Shown here piece by piece: positions 1 to 10,212 of a stretch of 64,000 nucleotides of DNA (the first letter of the stretch is position 1; every line of letters begins with the position of its first letter). The position numbers were made by a program, and so were the translations under genes. The stretch is from Candidatus Bathyarchaeota archaeon. Its GTDB lineage: Archaea > Thermoproteota > Bathyarchaeia > 40CM-2-53-6 > RBG-13-38-9. Location of the stretch: NCBI GenBank assembly GCA_963807605.1, contig CAWECG010000004.1, forward strand, positions 384,001-448,000, in the 5' to 3' direction. The notes under the pieces were generated by a model that had not been told where the DNA came from, searched no databases, and saw nothing but the letters and a program-made list of their open reading frames with translations.

Positions 1-1118
1 AAAGGGTCGAAATAGCAAGCTACTTGGCTGAACCTTCTTGCATATTCATGGGTCGAGGTAAACACCCTCTACGAGGCAGATGGAAAAAGGGGCCCAAGGA
101 ACATGATATAATTCTGAATCTATCTCCCGATGCGCCAAAACCGCCGGGAGACTGGAAGGAGATAGTCTGGGAACCAGACTACATGTGGGTAGCAAAGTGG
201 GATGACAAGCTCCGTGGTGACGAGAAGTATGTCTGGCTAGCTGACACATCGACGGTCAAGCAGAACAGGGATAAGGACAAGTTTAACCAGGCAAAAGAAC
301 TTGAGAAGACGATAGAGCACGTACGGCAACACATAATGGCAAATCTAAAGGGAGAAGACCTCAAGAAACGCAAAACTGCCACAGTCTGCTATCTTATAGA
401 CGCCTTGAAGCTTCGTGTCGGAGATGAAAAGGATAGAGATGAAGCTGACACTGTCGGCGCGACGACCCTCAGGTCCAGCCACATCAAGATCGGCCCCGAT
501 AACTTAGCAACTTTCGATTTTCTGGGCAAAGACTCTGTAAGATGGCACAAAGATATACAACTGCCTGAGGCAGTAGCAGAGAATCTCAAGGAGTTCGTAG
601 ACAACAGCGGCTCATCGATATTCAAAGGGATTCGTTCTGACACTGTCGCACAATTCCTGAGCGAGGCGGTCCCAGGCCTCACAGCAAAGGTCTTTCGAAC
701 GTACCATGCAACAACCACCGTTCGAGAGTATCTGAACCAAGAAGCTATCCAAAAGTCCGCACCAGATCATGTGAAGAAATACGCGGCAACCATGGCCAAC
801 CTGCAAGCAGCAATCGTCTGCAACCACAAGAGAAAACTCCCGAAGAATTGGAAGAAGACCCTGCAGAGAAAAACAGAGAGACTGCACAAACTGAAGACTA
901 CAAAGAAGAAGACAAGGAAGACTATGGAGAATATCGAAAAGGCCGACACAGAACTAAGAAAGACGAAGGTCACCCGAGACTATAACCTACAGACATCACT
1001 CAAGAGCTACATTGACCCTAGAGTCTACAGGGATTGGGGAAGAAAGGTCGAATTCGACTGGAAACAATACTATCCAAAGACGCTCCAGCGCAAGTTTTCC
1101 TGGATTGACAGCCAATAG
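1..1118 (+). CDS. top1: DNA topoisomerase IB (eukaryote-like), 5' truncated by the window edge
   Basis: Frame is open from position 3 (RVEIASYLAEP...). Motifs GRGKHP, LRVGDEKD, FLGKDS, AKVFRTYHA, CNH and catalytic Tyr in SLKSYIDP. Confidence 0.95.
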   Translation, partial: RVEIASYLAEPSCIFMGRGKHPLRGRWKKGPKEHDIILNLSPDAPKPPGDWKEIVWEPDYMWVAKWDDKLRGDEKYVWLADTSTVKQNRDKDKFNQAKELEKTIEHVRQHIMANLKGEDLKKRKTATVCYLIDALKLRVGDEKDRDEADTVGATTLRSSHIKIGPDNLATFDFLGKDSVRWHKDIQLPEAVAENLKEFVDNSGSSIFKGIRSDTVAQFLSEAVPGLTAKVFRTYHATTTVREYLNQEAIQKSAPDHVKKYAATMANLQAAIVCNHKRKLPKNWKKTLQRKTERLHKLKTTKKKTRKTMENIEKADTELRKTKVTRDYNLQTSLKSYIDPRVYRDWGRKVEFDWKQYYPKTLQRKFSWIDSQ

Positions 1119-1191
1119 CGTCGCAATTACCTAGTAGAGTGGTGCGTATGCGAAAAGGGCGTAGACGACGTCCACGCATTCTTGGACAGAC

Positions 1192-2139
1192 TCAGACAAG
1201 GGATCGCCCGCAGCTTGGACAAAAAATCTCCTCGACCTGTTTAGATCCTCCACAAAACCTGCAAGTCACACCGAAAGCTCTTTCGAACATCTTTCTTTGA
1301 TTCAACTTTCTCACGATCTCCGAGTACTCGGCTGATTCAGCGAATTTCCTTACTGCTCTAAGCCTATCCAGATGATTGGGGTGACTCTGAAAAGCCTCGA
1401 GGATTGAGGAGAAACCCGTATCAGAGTTGATGATCTCATCCACACCTACTATCTTTGCAAACATTGCAGCTACTGATGTGAAGCTAGCTGCAGCTATCAG
1501 GCTCGCTTTGTCAGCACTGAATTCTGATTCCCTCTGCCAAGCCAATAGAGCCAACCTCAAAGGTATCGAGATCGAGCCCAAACCGAAAGCATATGTTGAA
1601 AATGCCATCCCTTGTGCCAGGACTTCTGCAGTCGAATGGTATACCAAGTGACGACTCTTAATATGGCCCATCTCATGACCTAGTAACGCACGCAACTCAT
1701 CGATTGAAAGGCGATCCACTAGGGATTGACCGATGAATACAGTGGCTTTGGAGTCAGTCCCGGTAGTAAACGCATTCTCATGACCAATATCACCTACATA
1801 TACCATCGGTAAGAAGTCCAAGCCAAGAGTATTCGCACAATCCGTTGCCACAGATTCAACTAAGGAATTAGGCCTTGAAGTCACATTTCTCCGAGACAAT
1901 TTTTCATTGAACCTTTTCAGCCGTGGCTCGACTATCATTGAATGTACCAAATGAAGAATTGGTCCTGTGGCTTTCAGAATTCCCAGAGCTCTCCTATCTC
2001 CGTCGGTAACAAAATCCTCAACGGACAAATCGTAGCTTGTGGCGGCTCGAAGGGCTGAACGACAACGTCCACAGAAAAGTGCTCCTTGGCAATTTTCGAG
2101 TCCGCATCGCCTGCAAGCAGTAGGCATCGAAATCACCAA
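1192..2139 (-). CDS. M48-family zinc metallopeptidase with N- and C-terminal double zinc ribbons
   Basis: NAFT, HEMGH (HExxH), RESEFSAD and SHP motifs; CxxC pairs at both ends. Confidence 0.85.
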   Translation of the reverse strand: MVISMPTACRRCGLENCQGALFCGRCRSALRAATSYDLSVEDFVTDGDRRALGILKATGPILHLVHSMIVEPRLKRFNEKLSRRNVTSRPNSLVESVATDCANTLGLDFLPMVYVGDIGHENAFTTGTDSKATVFIGQSLVDRLSIDELRALLGHEMGHIKSRHLVYHSTAEVLAQGMAFSTYAFGLGSISIPLRLALLAWQRESEFSADKASLIAAASFTSVAAMFAKIVGVDEIINSDTGFSSILEAFQSHPNHLDRLRAVRKFAESAEYSEIVRKLNQRKMFERAFGVTCRFCGGSKQVEEIFCPSCGRSLV

Positions 2140-2257
2140 CTACTAACCTCTCGTAAAAACGAGTTAGTAGGTGTTGTTAGCAGATCTTCAGGGCTCATAG
2201 ACAACGCAAATAATATCTATTCCCCTTGTTAAAGTTGAATCGGAAAGGCGTATTGAA

Positions 2258-3232
2258 ATGAGTAAACAGTTGAAGCTGACGTGGGACTATGGAAGCCCCC
2301 GCGAATACCTGAGGCTTCATGAGAGGTTTGAGATGCCCCCCGTTATCATAACTTGCGCTATCACTGGCGGATGGCAAGGAAAGGAAGCAAACCCAAACGT
2401 TCCAGAAACACCCGATGAACAGGCCAAATCAACTTTTGAGGCTTACGAGGCAGGTGCTTCGGTAGTTCACGTTCATGCGAGGGATCCCAAGAAAGGATAT
2501 GCTGATCCTGTAGGCTCTAAAGAGATCTACTATGACATCAACAAGAGGATAAGAGAGCTCTGCCCAGACATAATTATCAACAACACCACCGGCGGAGGAC
2601 CAACAATGACTGTTGAGGAAAGGCTTCAGTCGGCCTTTGCCAACCCTGAAATGTGCAGTCTGAACATGGGTACACTTTGTATGAAGGGTCTCTATAAGGC
2701 CCGAAAGCCGCCTCTCACAGGCAGAGACCAAGACGTAGCGGTCGAGTCCGTGTTCAAGAACACTTATACTGATACTGAGAGATTTGCGAAGGAGATGCTC
2801 GACCGCAACGTTAAGCCTGAGATGGAGACATTCGGTGACGGCAATTGGTACTTGATAGATAATCTGATAAGCAAACAATTGCTGAAGCCTCCGTACTGGG
2901 TCTGCTTGGTCCTCGGAATGGGCAGCTCCACACCCCCAACACCTTGGCATTTGATGAATCAGACTGCTTACGCTCCACCAAACACCATGTTCAATATCAT
3001 AGGGATAGGTGTTCATCAGGTTCCTTTGACAACCTTTGCTATGATCATGGGGATGCACGTTAGGGTCGGCATGGAAGACAATGTTTACTATGCAAGAGGC
3101 GTCAAAGCGAAGAGTAACGCGGAGCTCGTTGCAAGAGCAGTCAGAATAGCCAAAGAACTCAACAGACCAGTAGCCACCCCAACCGAAGCAAGACAGATGC
3201 TGGGGATCTCCAAGAACCCAACCAAGTATTGA
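2258..3232 (+). CDS. Beta-keto acid cleavage enzyme (BKACE / 3-keto-5-aminohexanoate cleavage family), copy 1
   Basis: ITCAITG, PETPDEQ, AGASVVHVHARD (Zn His pair), TTGG, RVGMEDN, ATPTEAR. Confidence 0.92.
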   Translation: MSKQLKLTWDYGSPREYLRLHERFEMPPVIITCAITGGWQGKEANPNVPETPDEQAKSTFEAYEAGASVVHVHARDPKKGYADPVGSKEIYYDINKRIRELCPDIIINNTTGGGPTMTVEERLQSAFANPEMCSLNMGTLCMKGLYKARKPPLTGRDQDVAVESVFKNTYTDTERFAKEMLDRNVKPEMETFGDGNWYLIDNLISKQLLKPPYWVCLVLGMGSSTPPTPWHLMNQTAYAPPNTMFNIIGIGVHQVPLTTFAMIMGMHVRVGMEDNVYYARGVKAKSNAELVARAVRIAKELNRPVATPTEARQMLGISKNPTKY

Positions 3233-3258
3233 GGAGTAAAACCTCCTTCTTTTTTCTT
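3232..3258 (+). terminator. Short stem-loop plus T-tract after BKACE copy 1
   Basis: GGAG-taaaac-CTCC followed by ttcttttttctt. Confidence 0.55.
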
Positions 3259-3576
3259 GCTCTGCCAATGACTACAGACTAGGTCAACGAGGAGCCCGTT
3301 GAACCTTGTTGCTAGGGTGCATATGGCACCTGCTTTAATTTTCCAATATCGAGGGATACTTCTCGTAGAAGGACCACTTAATAGCGTACCTTTGCTTTGA
3401 TACAGCCGGATAGAGTCGACGAATCACCTTCATTCCTAACTCATTCAATGAATTCATCAAATCTGACAATTAATCCCTGAGAATTCCAAACAAACTGAGT
3501 GGTGTTCTTTTTCGATTTTTTTTTGGGTAAGCTTAATATGCCTTCTCTTTGTTGAAGGGAACCAAGGCGTATCGAT

Positions 3577-4551
3577 ATGAGTAAAACCTACAAACTGACA
3601 TGGGACTATTCAAGCCCCAGGGAATACCTCAGACTGCATGAGAAATTTGAGATGCCTCCCGTCATAATAACTTGTGCCATCACTGGAGGTTGGCAGGGTA
3701 AGGAAGCGAATCCAGGTCTTCCAGAGACGCCAGACGAGCAAGCAAAGTCAACCTTCGGGGCCTATGAGGCAGGCGCTTCGGTAGTTCACGTTCATGCGAG
3801 GGATCCCAAGAAAGGATATGCTGATGCTGTAGGCTCTAAAGAGATCTACTATGACATCAACAAGAGGATCAGAGAGCTCTGCCCAGACATAATCATCAAC
3901 AACACCACCGGCGGAGGACCCGGCATGAGCCTTGAGGAAAGGCTTCAGGCTGCCTATGCCAATCCTGAAATGTGTAGCCTGAATATGGGCACAATGGTTC
4001 AAAGGGGCCTGGTGAGAGCACGGACTGGTGCCCTCAAGGGCAGAGGAGAGGATCAAGTTGTCGAGACAGTCTTCAAGAACTCTTACACTGATACTGAGAG
4101 ATTTGCGAAGGAGATGCTCGACCGCAACGTTAAGCCCGAGATGGAGACATTTGCCGATGGTAACTGGTCGCTAATTGATAACCTGATAAGCAAACAGCTT
4201 CTCAAACAACCATACTGGGTCTGTCTCGTTCCCGGAATGCAGGGTGCCACACCTCCAACACCTTGGCACGTTATGAATCAGACCGCCTTTGCACCTCCTA
4301 ACACGATGTTCAACATCATAGGGATAGGTACCCACCAACTTCCTCTGACAACGTTTGCAATGATTATGGGATGGCACGTTAGGGTCGGCATGGAAGACAA
4401 TGTTTACTATGCAAGAGGCGTCAAAACGAAGAGTAACGCGGAGCTCGTTGCAAGAGCAGTCAGAATAGCCAAAGAACTCAACAGGCCAGTAGCCACCCCA
4501 ACCGAAGCAAGAGAGATGCTAGGGATCTCCAAAAACCCAACCAAGTATTGA
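3577..4551 (+). CDS. BKACE family enzyme, copy 2 (tandem paralog)
   Basis: Same length (324 aa) and same motifs as copy 1. Confidence 0.92.
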   Translation: MSKTYKLTWDYSSPREYLRLHEKFEMPPVIITCAITGGWQGKEANPGLPETPDEQAKSTFGAYEAGASVVHVHARDPKKGYADAVGSKEIYYDINKRIRELCPDIIINNTTGGGPGMSLEERLQAAYANPEMCSLNMGTMVQRGLVRARTGALKGRGEDQVVETVFKNSYTDTERFAKEMLDRNVKPEMETFADGNWSLIDNLISKQLLKQPYWVCLVPGMQGATPPTPWHVMNQTAFAPPNTMFNIIGIGTHQLPLTTFAMIMGWHVRVGMEDNVYYARGVKTKSNAELVARAVRIAKELNRPVATPTEAREMLGISKNPTKY

Positions 4552-4582
4552 GGGATCTCAATCCCTCCATTTTTTTGTTTTT
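4550..4582 (+). terminator. Stem-loop plus T-tract after BKACE copy 2
   Basis: GAGGGAT-ctca-ATCCCTC followed by atttttttgttttt. Confidence 0.65.
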
Positions 4583-4676
4583 GTTATTGGCACGACATTA
4601 GATAGGCATGCGCAGTTGGAAACCACGCGTGCAGGCAATCGCTCGTCACGAGAATTCTAGCGACAGACTAAGATCA

Positions 4677-5444
4677 TCACTGTTCTAGAGAGATGGCTGT
4701 CTTAAGCCAACTTATAGTCTTCCCTACAACCATCCTATGTTTTCCCGAGAAGATATGATCCCCCCCATTCACGACAACAATTTCCTTCGGCTCTTCAGCT
4801 CTGGAAAAGAGTTTGGTTGAACAGCTAATCGGTATAATGTCATCTTTGTCTCCATGTATCAACAAGAAAGGTCGTGGCGAAATTCTGTTTACGCAGTAGA
4901 TTGGGTCATAATGCTCGGCAATAGCCTTCCATTCTTTAAGAGCGTTGGTCATCCCCAACCCTGAAACAAATGGCAATCCTCTAGCCAAAATGGTCTTACT
5001 GTGAAGACCAGTAATGTCTTCCTTGAGGCTGGCAACCGGGCATAACGCTGCCACGGCCTTGAGACTGTTGTTCTGTGCAGCGGTTTGGATCGCCGCGAGT
5101 CCGCCAAAGCTGTGGCCTACAGTAGCAAGTCTGCTTGCATCGACGTCTTTCCTTTGAGCCAACACCGCTAGAGCCTCTTGCGCGTCTTTCAGAGCACCTA
5201 GGAAGCTATACCGTCCGCCGCTTCCCCAACATCCCCTGTAGTGGAAGATCATAGGAGCAAAACCCTCTTGGCAAAGTGATGAGGAAAGATCATACAGTAT
5301 CGGCGCCACGCCGGGGAACCCGTGCAGGATTAGAACTCCTAGAGGGAGCACCTTCGTCTCTGCCGGGATTAGGAGTGTTCCGATCAGTTTCTGGGACTGG
5401 CTTCTGAAGACGAGTCTCTCAAGCTTGTAGGGTCTTTCTTCCAT
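4677..5444 (-). CDS. Alpha/beta-fold serine hydrolase
   Basis: HGF, GHSFGG nucleophile elbow, HGDKDD acid, GDH histidine. Confidence 0.88.
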   Translation of the reverse strand: MEERPYKLERLVFRSQSQKLIGTLLIPAETKVLPLGVLILHGFPGVAPILYDLSSSLCQEGFAPMIFHYRGCWGSGGRYSFLGALKDAQEALAVLAQRKDVDASRLATVGHSFGGLAAIQTAAQNNSLKAVAALCPVASLKEDITGLHSKTILARGLPFVSGLGMTNALKEWKAIAEHYDPIYCVNRISPRPFLLIHGDKDDIIPISCSTKLFSRAEEPKEIVVVNGGDHIFSGKHRMVVGKTISWLKTAISLEQ

Positions 5445-5584
5445 GAATATCTAACCTACCGTGAGTAGAGACAACTGACTCATACATTTGAAGGAGCTAC
5501 TTAATGACACTGCAGTGGCACACTAAACCTAAATGTCTTTAGCCGACATCGACATGCAAAGCATTCTGATGGGGTTCTTGAGAG

Positions 5585-5803
5585 ATGGGGTTTTGGGAAA
5601 ACGTATTCTTCAGTCCACAATTCGTCGTGATGTGTGTTTCTTTGGGATTTGTCATCCTATTGCTTGATGAACTTGGGTTCAGAGAGCATACAAAGGCGAG
5701 AGACTACGTCAGGGCAGCGCTGGTCATAATCGGGCTCGGGGTCTCAACTACAATATGGCTCTATCTTCTCTCAGTCAGCTTGGGCAATTTCAATCAGGAG
5801 TAG
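5585..5803 (+). CDS. Small two-TM membrane protein
   Basis: Two hydrophobic stretches; fills an intergenic gap. Confidence 0.5.
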   Translation: MGFWENVFFSPQFVVMCVSLGFVILLLDELGFREHTKARDYVRAALVIIGLGVSTTIWLYLLSVSLGNFNQE

Positions 5804-5867
5804 GGCAACATGGTTTTTATCCAAGAATGCGAGAGAGAATACCAATGCGTCAAAAAGGTAGACTGAG

Positions 5868-6188
5868 ATGCAACTAGAAAAGACTGGGAATGTCAAAACT
5901 ATCTCACAGAAAAGTGACCTCAAAATCCTAGTAGTTATCGAGCTTCATCAGGACAATCCTGACCAGCCGCAAAGACCGATAATCTCCCCAATCAATCAAC
6001 CGCTGGAAAGACAAATCTCGGAGTCGATACACATGGCTGTTTCAGCGATCCCCATAGGCCTTCAACAGGTAGGAAGGTCTCCAAACGAGGTAAACTGGGT
6101 GATGACTAGGGAAGAGTACGCCGACAGCGGCTTGTGTGTCGGCGATACTGTTACGTTAATCCTTTCGCGAATTCAAAGGATAGAATAG
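5868..6188 (+). CDS. Hypothetical protein, possibly arcadin-1-like
   Basis: 106 aa; C-terminal MTREEY...L.VGDTVTL resembles arcadin-1 (recalled pattern, unverified). Confidence 0.4.
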   Translation: MQLEKTGNVKTISQKSDLKILVVIELHQDNPDQPQRPIISPINQPLERQISESIHMAVSAIPIGLQQVGRSPNEVNWVMTREEYADSGLCVGDTVTLILSRIQRIE

Positions 6189-6433
6189 AGCACTCCTCAT
6201 TCGTCGAACGGTTCAGGAATTCCTCACCAAACGTTGCATACATCAACTTGACCCTGCTGGCGCACAGTGAATCTAGCGTTCTTTTCCGTCCTCGATATTT
6301 GGTCTTGAATTGTTGGCCCAGTAGCTTACGCGCGAAAGTAGCCAAGATCTCTGAAAAAGAATCAAAATCTAGACTCAAATAGGTCCGAACAACTTACATT
6401 TATCGACTGTTCATACTAAGCCTGCTCAGCCCG

Positions 6434-8198
6434 CTATGCGGAGAGCTTCTTTAGCTGATTGTTATACATCTCCAGAATTTCTTTTGTTGTGCTGGCATCT
6501 TCTGGAGACTTGTCCAATCTGTATTTCCCCGTAAATCTGGGAAACCTTATTGCAAGCCCACTATTTGGCCTAATTACCCCCACACACGCACTGTGAACTG
6601 GGCTAAGAGTTATTTCATCGCCGATAATTTCGAGAACCATGTTCGGAACGAGCCAGAACATCTGCTTCGAGTTTCGAGTCAACTCTCGGGTGTCTGTGCG
6701 AAGTCTGAAATGGCCTGAGTTTCTTTGGAAGTTCTGCCAAGTCTTGGTCAGTGAAACCGGAGCCGCATTTACACACTGTCCGAAACATGTCCTCATTCTC
6801 ATCGTAGGCGGCTAGTAAGAGTGCGCCATAACTTCCGCCTCTCTTGCCTTTGCCGTGAAAAGCTCCAACCACAACTAGATCTACTGTATCGGCCATCTCA
6901 GCTTTGTATGCTCTTTTGTACTTTACCCATAGCCAGCCTCTCGCCCCAGCCTGATATATCGAATCTGGCCCGATGGACTTGAACATCAACCCTTCACAAC
7001 CGTCAGAAACCGCCTTGTCCATGTACTGCTCGATCTCTCGAGCGTCGTCAGTCACCAGTCGCTCAGACATTCCAATAGATTCGTTTTCTGTAATACTTCT
7101 TGCCAGAGCTTCTCTTCTATGCGGATACGGTTTCATAGTGAAGTCGACGCCGTCAGCGTAGAGCAGATCGAAGAGGAAGACCTTAACCGGGACCTCTCCG
7201 ACCATCTTCTCAATCCCATACTTCCTGCCCCTCCTTTGACTAATCATTTGAAAAGGAAGCATATCACCCGTATTCGGGTCAATAGCTACGCACTCCCCTT
7301 CGACTATCGCCTCCTTTTGTTTCACAGAGTCGCGGACATGCTTGACGACTTCGGGAAACTGATCCGTGATTTTCTCAAGCCTTCTTGAGAACAGGGAAGC
7401 AGACTTATGCGTTACGTGAGCCTGAATCCTCAATCCATCGTACTTGTACTCCGCGGCAGCTTTGCCACCCAGCTTCTCAAGGATCTCTGTTGGATCAGAT
7501 AGACGTTCAGCCAACATTGGCCTTATCGGACGGCCTACCCTAATCTTCAACTTCAGCACTCCGTCAATGCCATCTGAAGCGACGGTTCTTGCGATGAGGC
7601 CGAGATCCGAGGAGATATTATATGCTCTCTCGAGTTGTTCCTTGTCTTCAACATTGCCTGTGTAGGCCAAGGCCAATGACTCGAGCAGAGTCATGTCCGC
7701 CACACCAAGCCTCAGCTTACCCAGAGCCATCCTAGCAATGTATTTTGCCTCTCTGGGCGACGCGTCGTTAAGGAGGCTGCACAGCAGTCTAACCTTGGCT
7801 TCAATCGATCCGGAGCCTGTTTCACGCGCTATCTTATCAAATGCTGAGTACACGTCTTCCGCGTTAAGGATTTTTTTCGAAAGGGTCTGCTGCATCTTCT
7901 TTCCAAGAAGTTTCTCAGCAGTTTCTCCTAAATCTCCAGTTGTTCTGTAGCTGGCTGCGACAACATCCTCCCTCTTGCCTGAGGCCAATGAGATTGCTTT
8001 TATTATGAGTTTCTCGGCCATTCCAAGCTCGATACCCATGTAATCGGGATACAGTTTTCCCTGCATGAGATAAACGGTCTCTTGGATGACATTTCTAGGC
8101 GTCTTCTTGAAAAGTCCCGCCAGCAGATCTCGCATCTCAAGCCTTTTGGTGGTTGCCTCTATCTTGTCGTAAGTCTCCACAAGTATCGAGTATTTCAT
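6434..8198 (-). CDS. lig: ATP-dependent DNA ligase with an apparent 1-nt frameshift near 6657
   Basis: [26 protein letters not shown] and DLVVVG lie in 6615..8198. The OB-domain end ([10 protein letters not shown]...IRFPRF) continues in the frame of ORF 6434..6802. Confidence 0.93.
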
Positions 8199-8246
8199 CT
8201 CGAATCGATTATAGCTCGTCTTCGCAGGATTAGGGAATTGTGGTTG

Positions 8247-8786
8247 TCAAAACACAGACTGAGCTCGGTAAACCTCTTCATGGATAACTTCTCTAAGACT
8301 TCTCCTCGGCGTGGCAGCAGACACATATTTTGGAAATCCAATTGGGATTATCGCAACAGGCTTTGCCTTGTCGTCGGTTTGTACGGCGTCTGCTGCGACC
8401 GCCTCGTCGAAGGTTCCAACCCAACACGCTTCCAGACCTTTGTTGTGAACTGCCAGAAGCATATTCTGTATGGCGGCTGCGGTATCCTGTATAGAGTACA
8501 GCTCAGAACCTCTGCGACCGTAGATCCTTGATGACCTTGATTGGTTCGCCAGAACCACTACTACAGTGGGCGCCTCGGCGATGAAGCTCTGATGAAAAGC
8601 AGCTTCTGCAAGGGCACTCTTTCTTTTCTGATCTCTAACTACAATGAACTCCCAGGGTTGGACATTCCCTGCACTTGGCGCATGTGTACCACATTTGATT
8701 ATCTCCTCGAGGTCATTTTTTGAGACCCCCCTGTCATCAAAGCTCCTTACGCTCCGTCTTCCTCTGATGGCTTCAAGAACGTCCAG
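8247..8786 (-). CDS. Nitroreductase family protein (probable CTG start at 8786, longer than the ORF-track call)
   Basis: Manual translation gives (L)DVLEAIRGRRSVRSF...APSAGNVQPWEFIVV in frame with 8247..8558; GGGGGAGG lies upstream of the CTG. Confidence 0.9.
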   Translation of the reverse strand: MDVLEAIRGRRSVRSFDDRGVSKNDLEEIIKCGTHAPSAGNVQPWEFIVVRDQKRKSALAEAAFHQSFIAEAPTVVVVLANQSRSSRIYGRRGSELYSIQDTAAAIQNMLLAVHNKGLEACWVGTFDEAVAADAVQTDDKAKPVAIIPIGFPKYVSAATPRRSLREVIHEEVYRAQSVF

Positions 8787-8861
8787 GGTTTCCCTCCCCC
8801 AGGTGAATCCGCACCTGCACTTTGAATAGGAGTGGCCTAGAAAGCGGCCATTTCCTAAGTT

Positions 8862-10043
8862 CTACTCGATGTGCACTCGGAACAGGTCCATGTCTAGACC
8901 GATTTGGTCAAGGAATTCTTTGGCAGCGTGTTCGACATCTTTTGATTGAGTTATGTATCTGCCGACTATGAGTATGTCCGCTCCGGCCTTCATGGCGGCC
9001 GTCACAGTGCTCGGCTCCACTCCGCCGGCTACTGCCACGAGGAGTTTCCAATTCTTGAATTTCGTTTTTATCTCCTTGATGAGTTCCCATCTTGTCTTGC
9101 CTACTCGCTCCTCATCTATTCCTCTGTGGAGTATTATAACATCGGGTAGTTCCTTGAGCGACTCAAGAATCTTCATCGGGTCGGCGACGTCCATCATGTC
9201 AATTATCGCGTATATTCCAAGCCTTCTTGCCTCATAGATGAATTTGTCAAGCGTATCACGCGATGCAAGACCTGAAGCCACGACTGCGTCGGCGGTTTCC
9301 TCAAATGCAAGGTCGACTTCGACTTGGCCAACATCCAAAGTCTTGAGGTCTGCCACGATGAAGACATCCTTTGCAACCTGTCGGAGTTCTTGAATAACGC
9401 TAGCGCCGTACTTCTTGATTAGGGGAGTACCGGCTTCATATATTACCCTGTCACTCCTCGGTACTTCGGAGATTATCCGCTTCGTCCGTTCAAGATCGGG
9501 TATGTCTAGAGCTATCTGGAGATAAGGCGGCATCCAGAGTCTCGGAATTCTGAAGCCCATGATGGGGTGCGTCGCCCTGTCTTTATCGTAGATAATCTTC
9601 TCGATAGTCGGATACTTATTTAAGGCTCTTCTGACTGCGAGTTTCGTAGCGCTGTAGTTATACTGGTAGATCTTTCGGTAGTCTTTTGCCTCAGGGTGTA
9701 CGAAGACACTGCATAGAACGACCCAGTCTTCGACCACATCCTTCGGAATAAGTCCTTCTTCCACGGCATCCGCAATGGCCTTGGCGACACCAGCCTGAGC
9801 AGGACCAAAGATCTTCGCAACCTCAGATATGTCCTTGACAGTGACCTTAGGAACCACAAGTGTGTAGGGCTTCGATGGAAGGTTGGGCCTAATTACCGCC
9901 AGAAGCGGCGTGTGACCAGCGGAATAGTTCCCAAAGCTGTTGGCAAATGCTTGGCCAACTGGCCCCTCCTTGGTACCAATCAATAGATCCACGTGTGCAA
10001 TTTCAGGTTCTTTTCCGACTAAGGCTTCACCGATGAGGTACAT
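8862..10043 (-). CDS. fae-hps: Bifunctional formaldehyde-activating enzyme / 3-hexulose-6-phosphate synthase
   Basis: N-terminal [14 protein letters not shown] and FGPAQAGVA (Fae); C-terminal [30 protein letters not shown] (Hps). Confidence 0.95.
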   Translation of the reverse strand: MYLIGEALVGKEPEIAHVDLLIGTKEGPVGQAFANSFGNYSAGHTPLLAVIRPNLPSKPYTLVVPKVTVKDISEVAKIFGPAQAGVAKAIADAVEEGLIPKDVVEDWVVLCSVFVHPEAKDYRKIYQYNYSATKLAVRRALNKYPTIEKIIYDKDRATHPIMGFRIPRLWMPPYLQIALDIPDLERTKRIISEVPRSDRVIYEAGTPLIKKYGASVIQELRQVAKDVFIVADLKTLDVGQVEVDLAFEETADAVVASGLASRDTLDKFIYEARRLGIYAIIDMMDVADPMKILESLKELPDVIILHRGIDEERVGKTRWELIKEIKTKFKNWKLLVAVAGGVEPSTVTAAMKAGADILIVGRYITQSKDVEHAAKEFLDQIGLDMDLFRVHIE

Positions 10044-10212
10044 GTCGCCACTATCCTTATTCTATTTGTAATCTAGAAAGGGCCTGAGTTTATAAATGCG
10101 TTTTCTCTTCGCTCTTGTCTTTTCACTCTTGACGTCATATCAATATGCTCTCTTCCAAGCAGTTCTGATGTTACAGTTAGATCTTCCAAGCATCGCTGGA
10201 TACTGCTTATTC

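Noticed and set aside
2429-3268. Long antisense ORFs (also 11287..11934, 44056..44685, 56004..56453 and many shorter ones)
   Set aside because: They are shadows of well-supported genes on the opposite strand and carry no motifs.
6640-6670. Programmed ribosomal frameshift in the ligase
   Set aside because: No slippery sequence or evident stimulatory structure; a 1-nt error is simpler.
8247-8558. Apparently truncated nitroreductase in the ORF track
   Set aside because: The frame is open and homologous up to CTG 8786, so the gene is intact.
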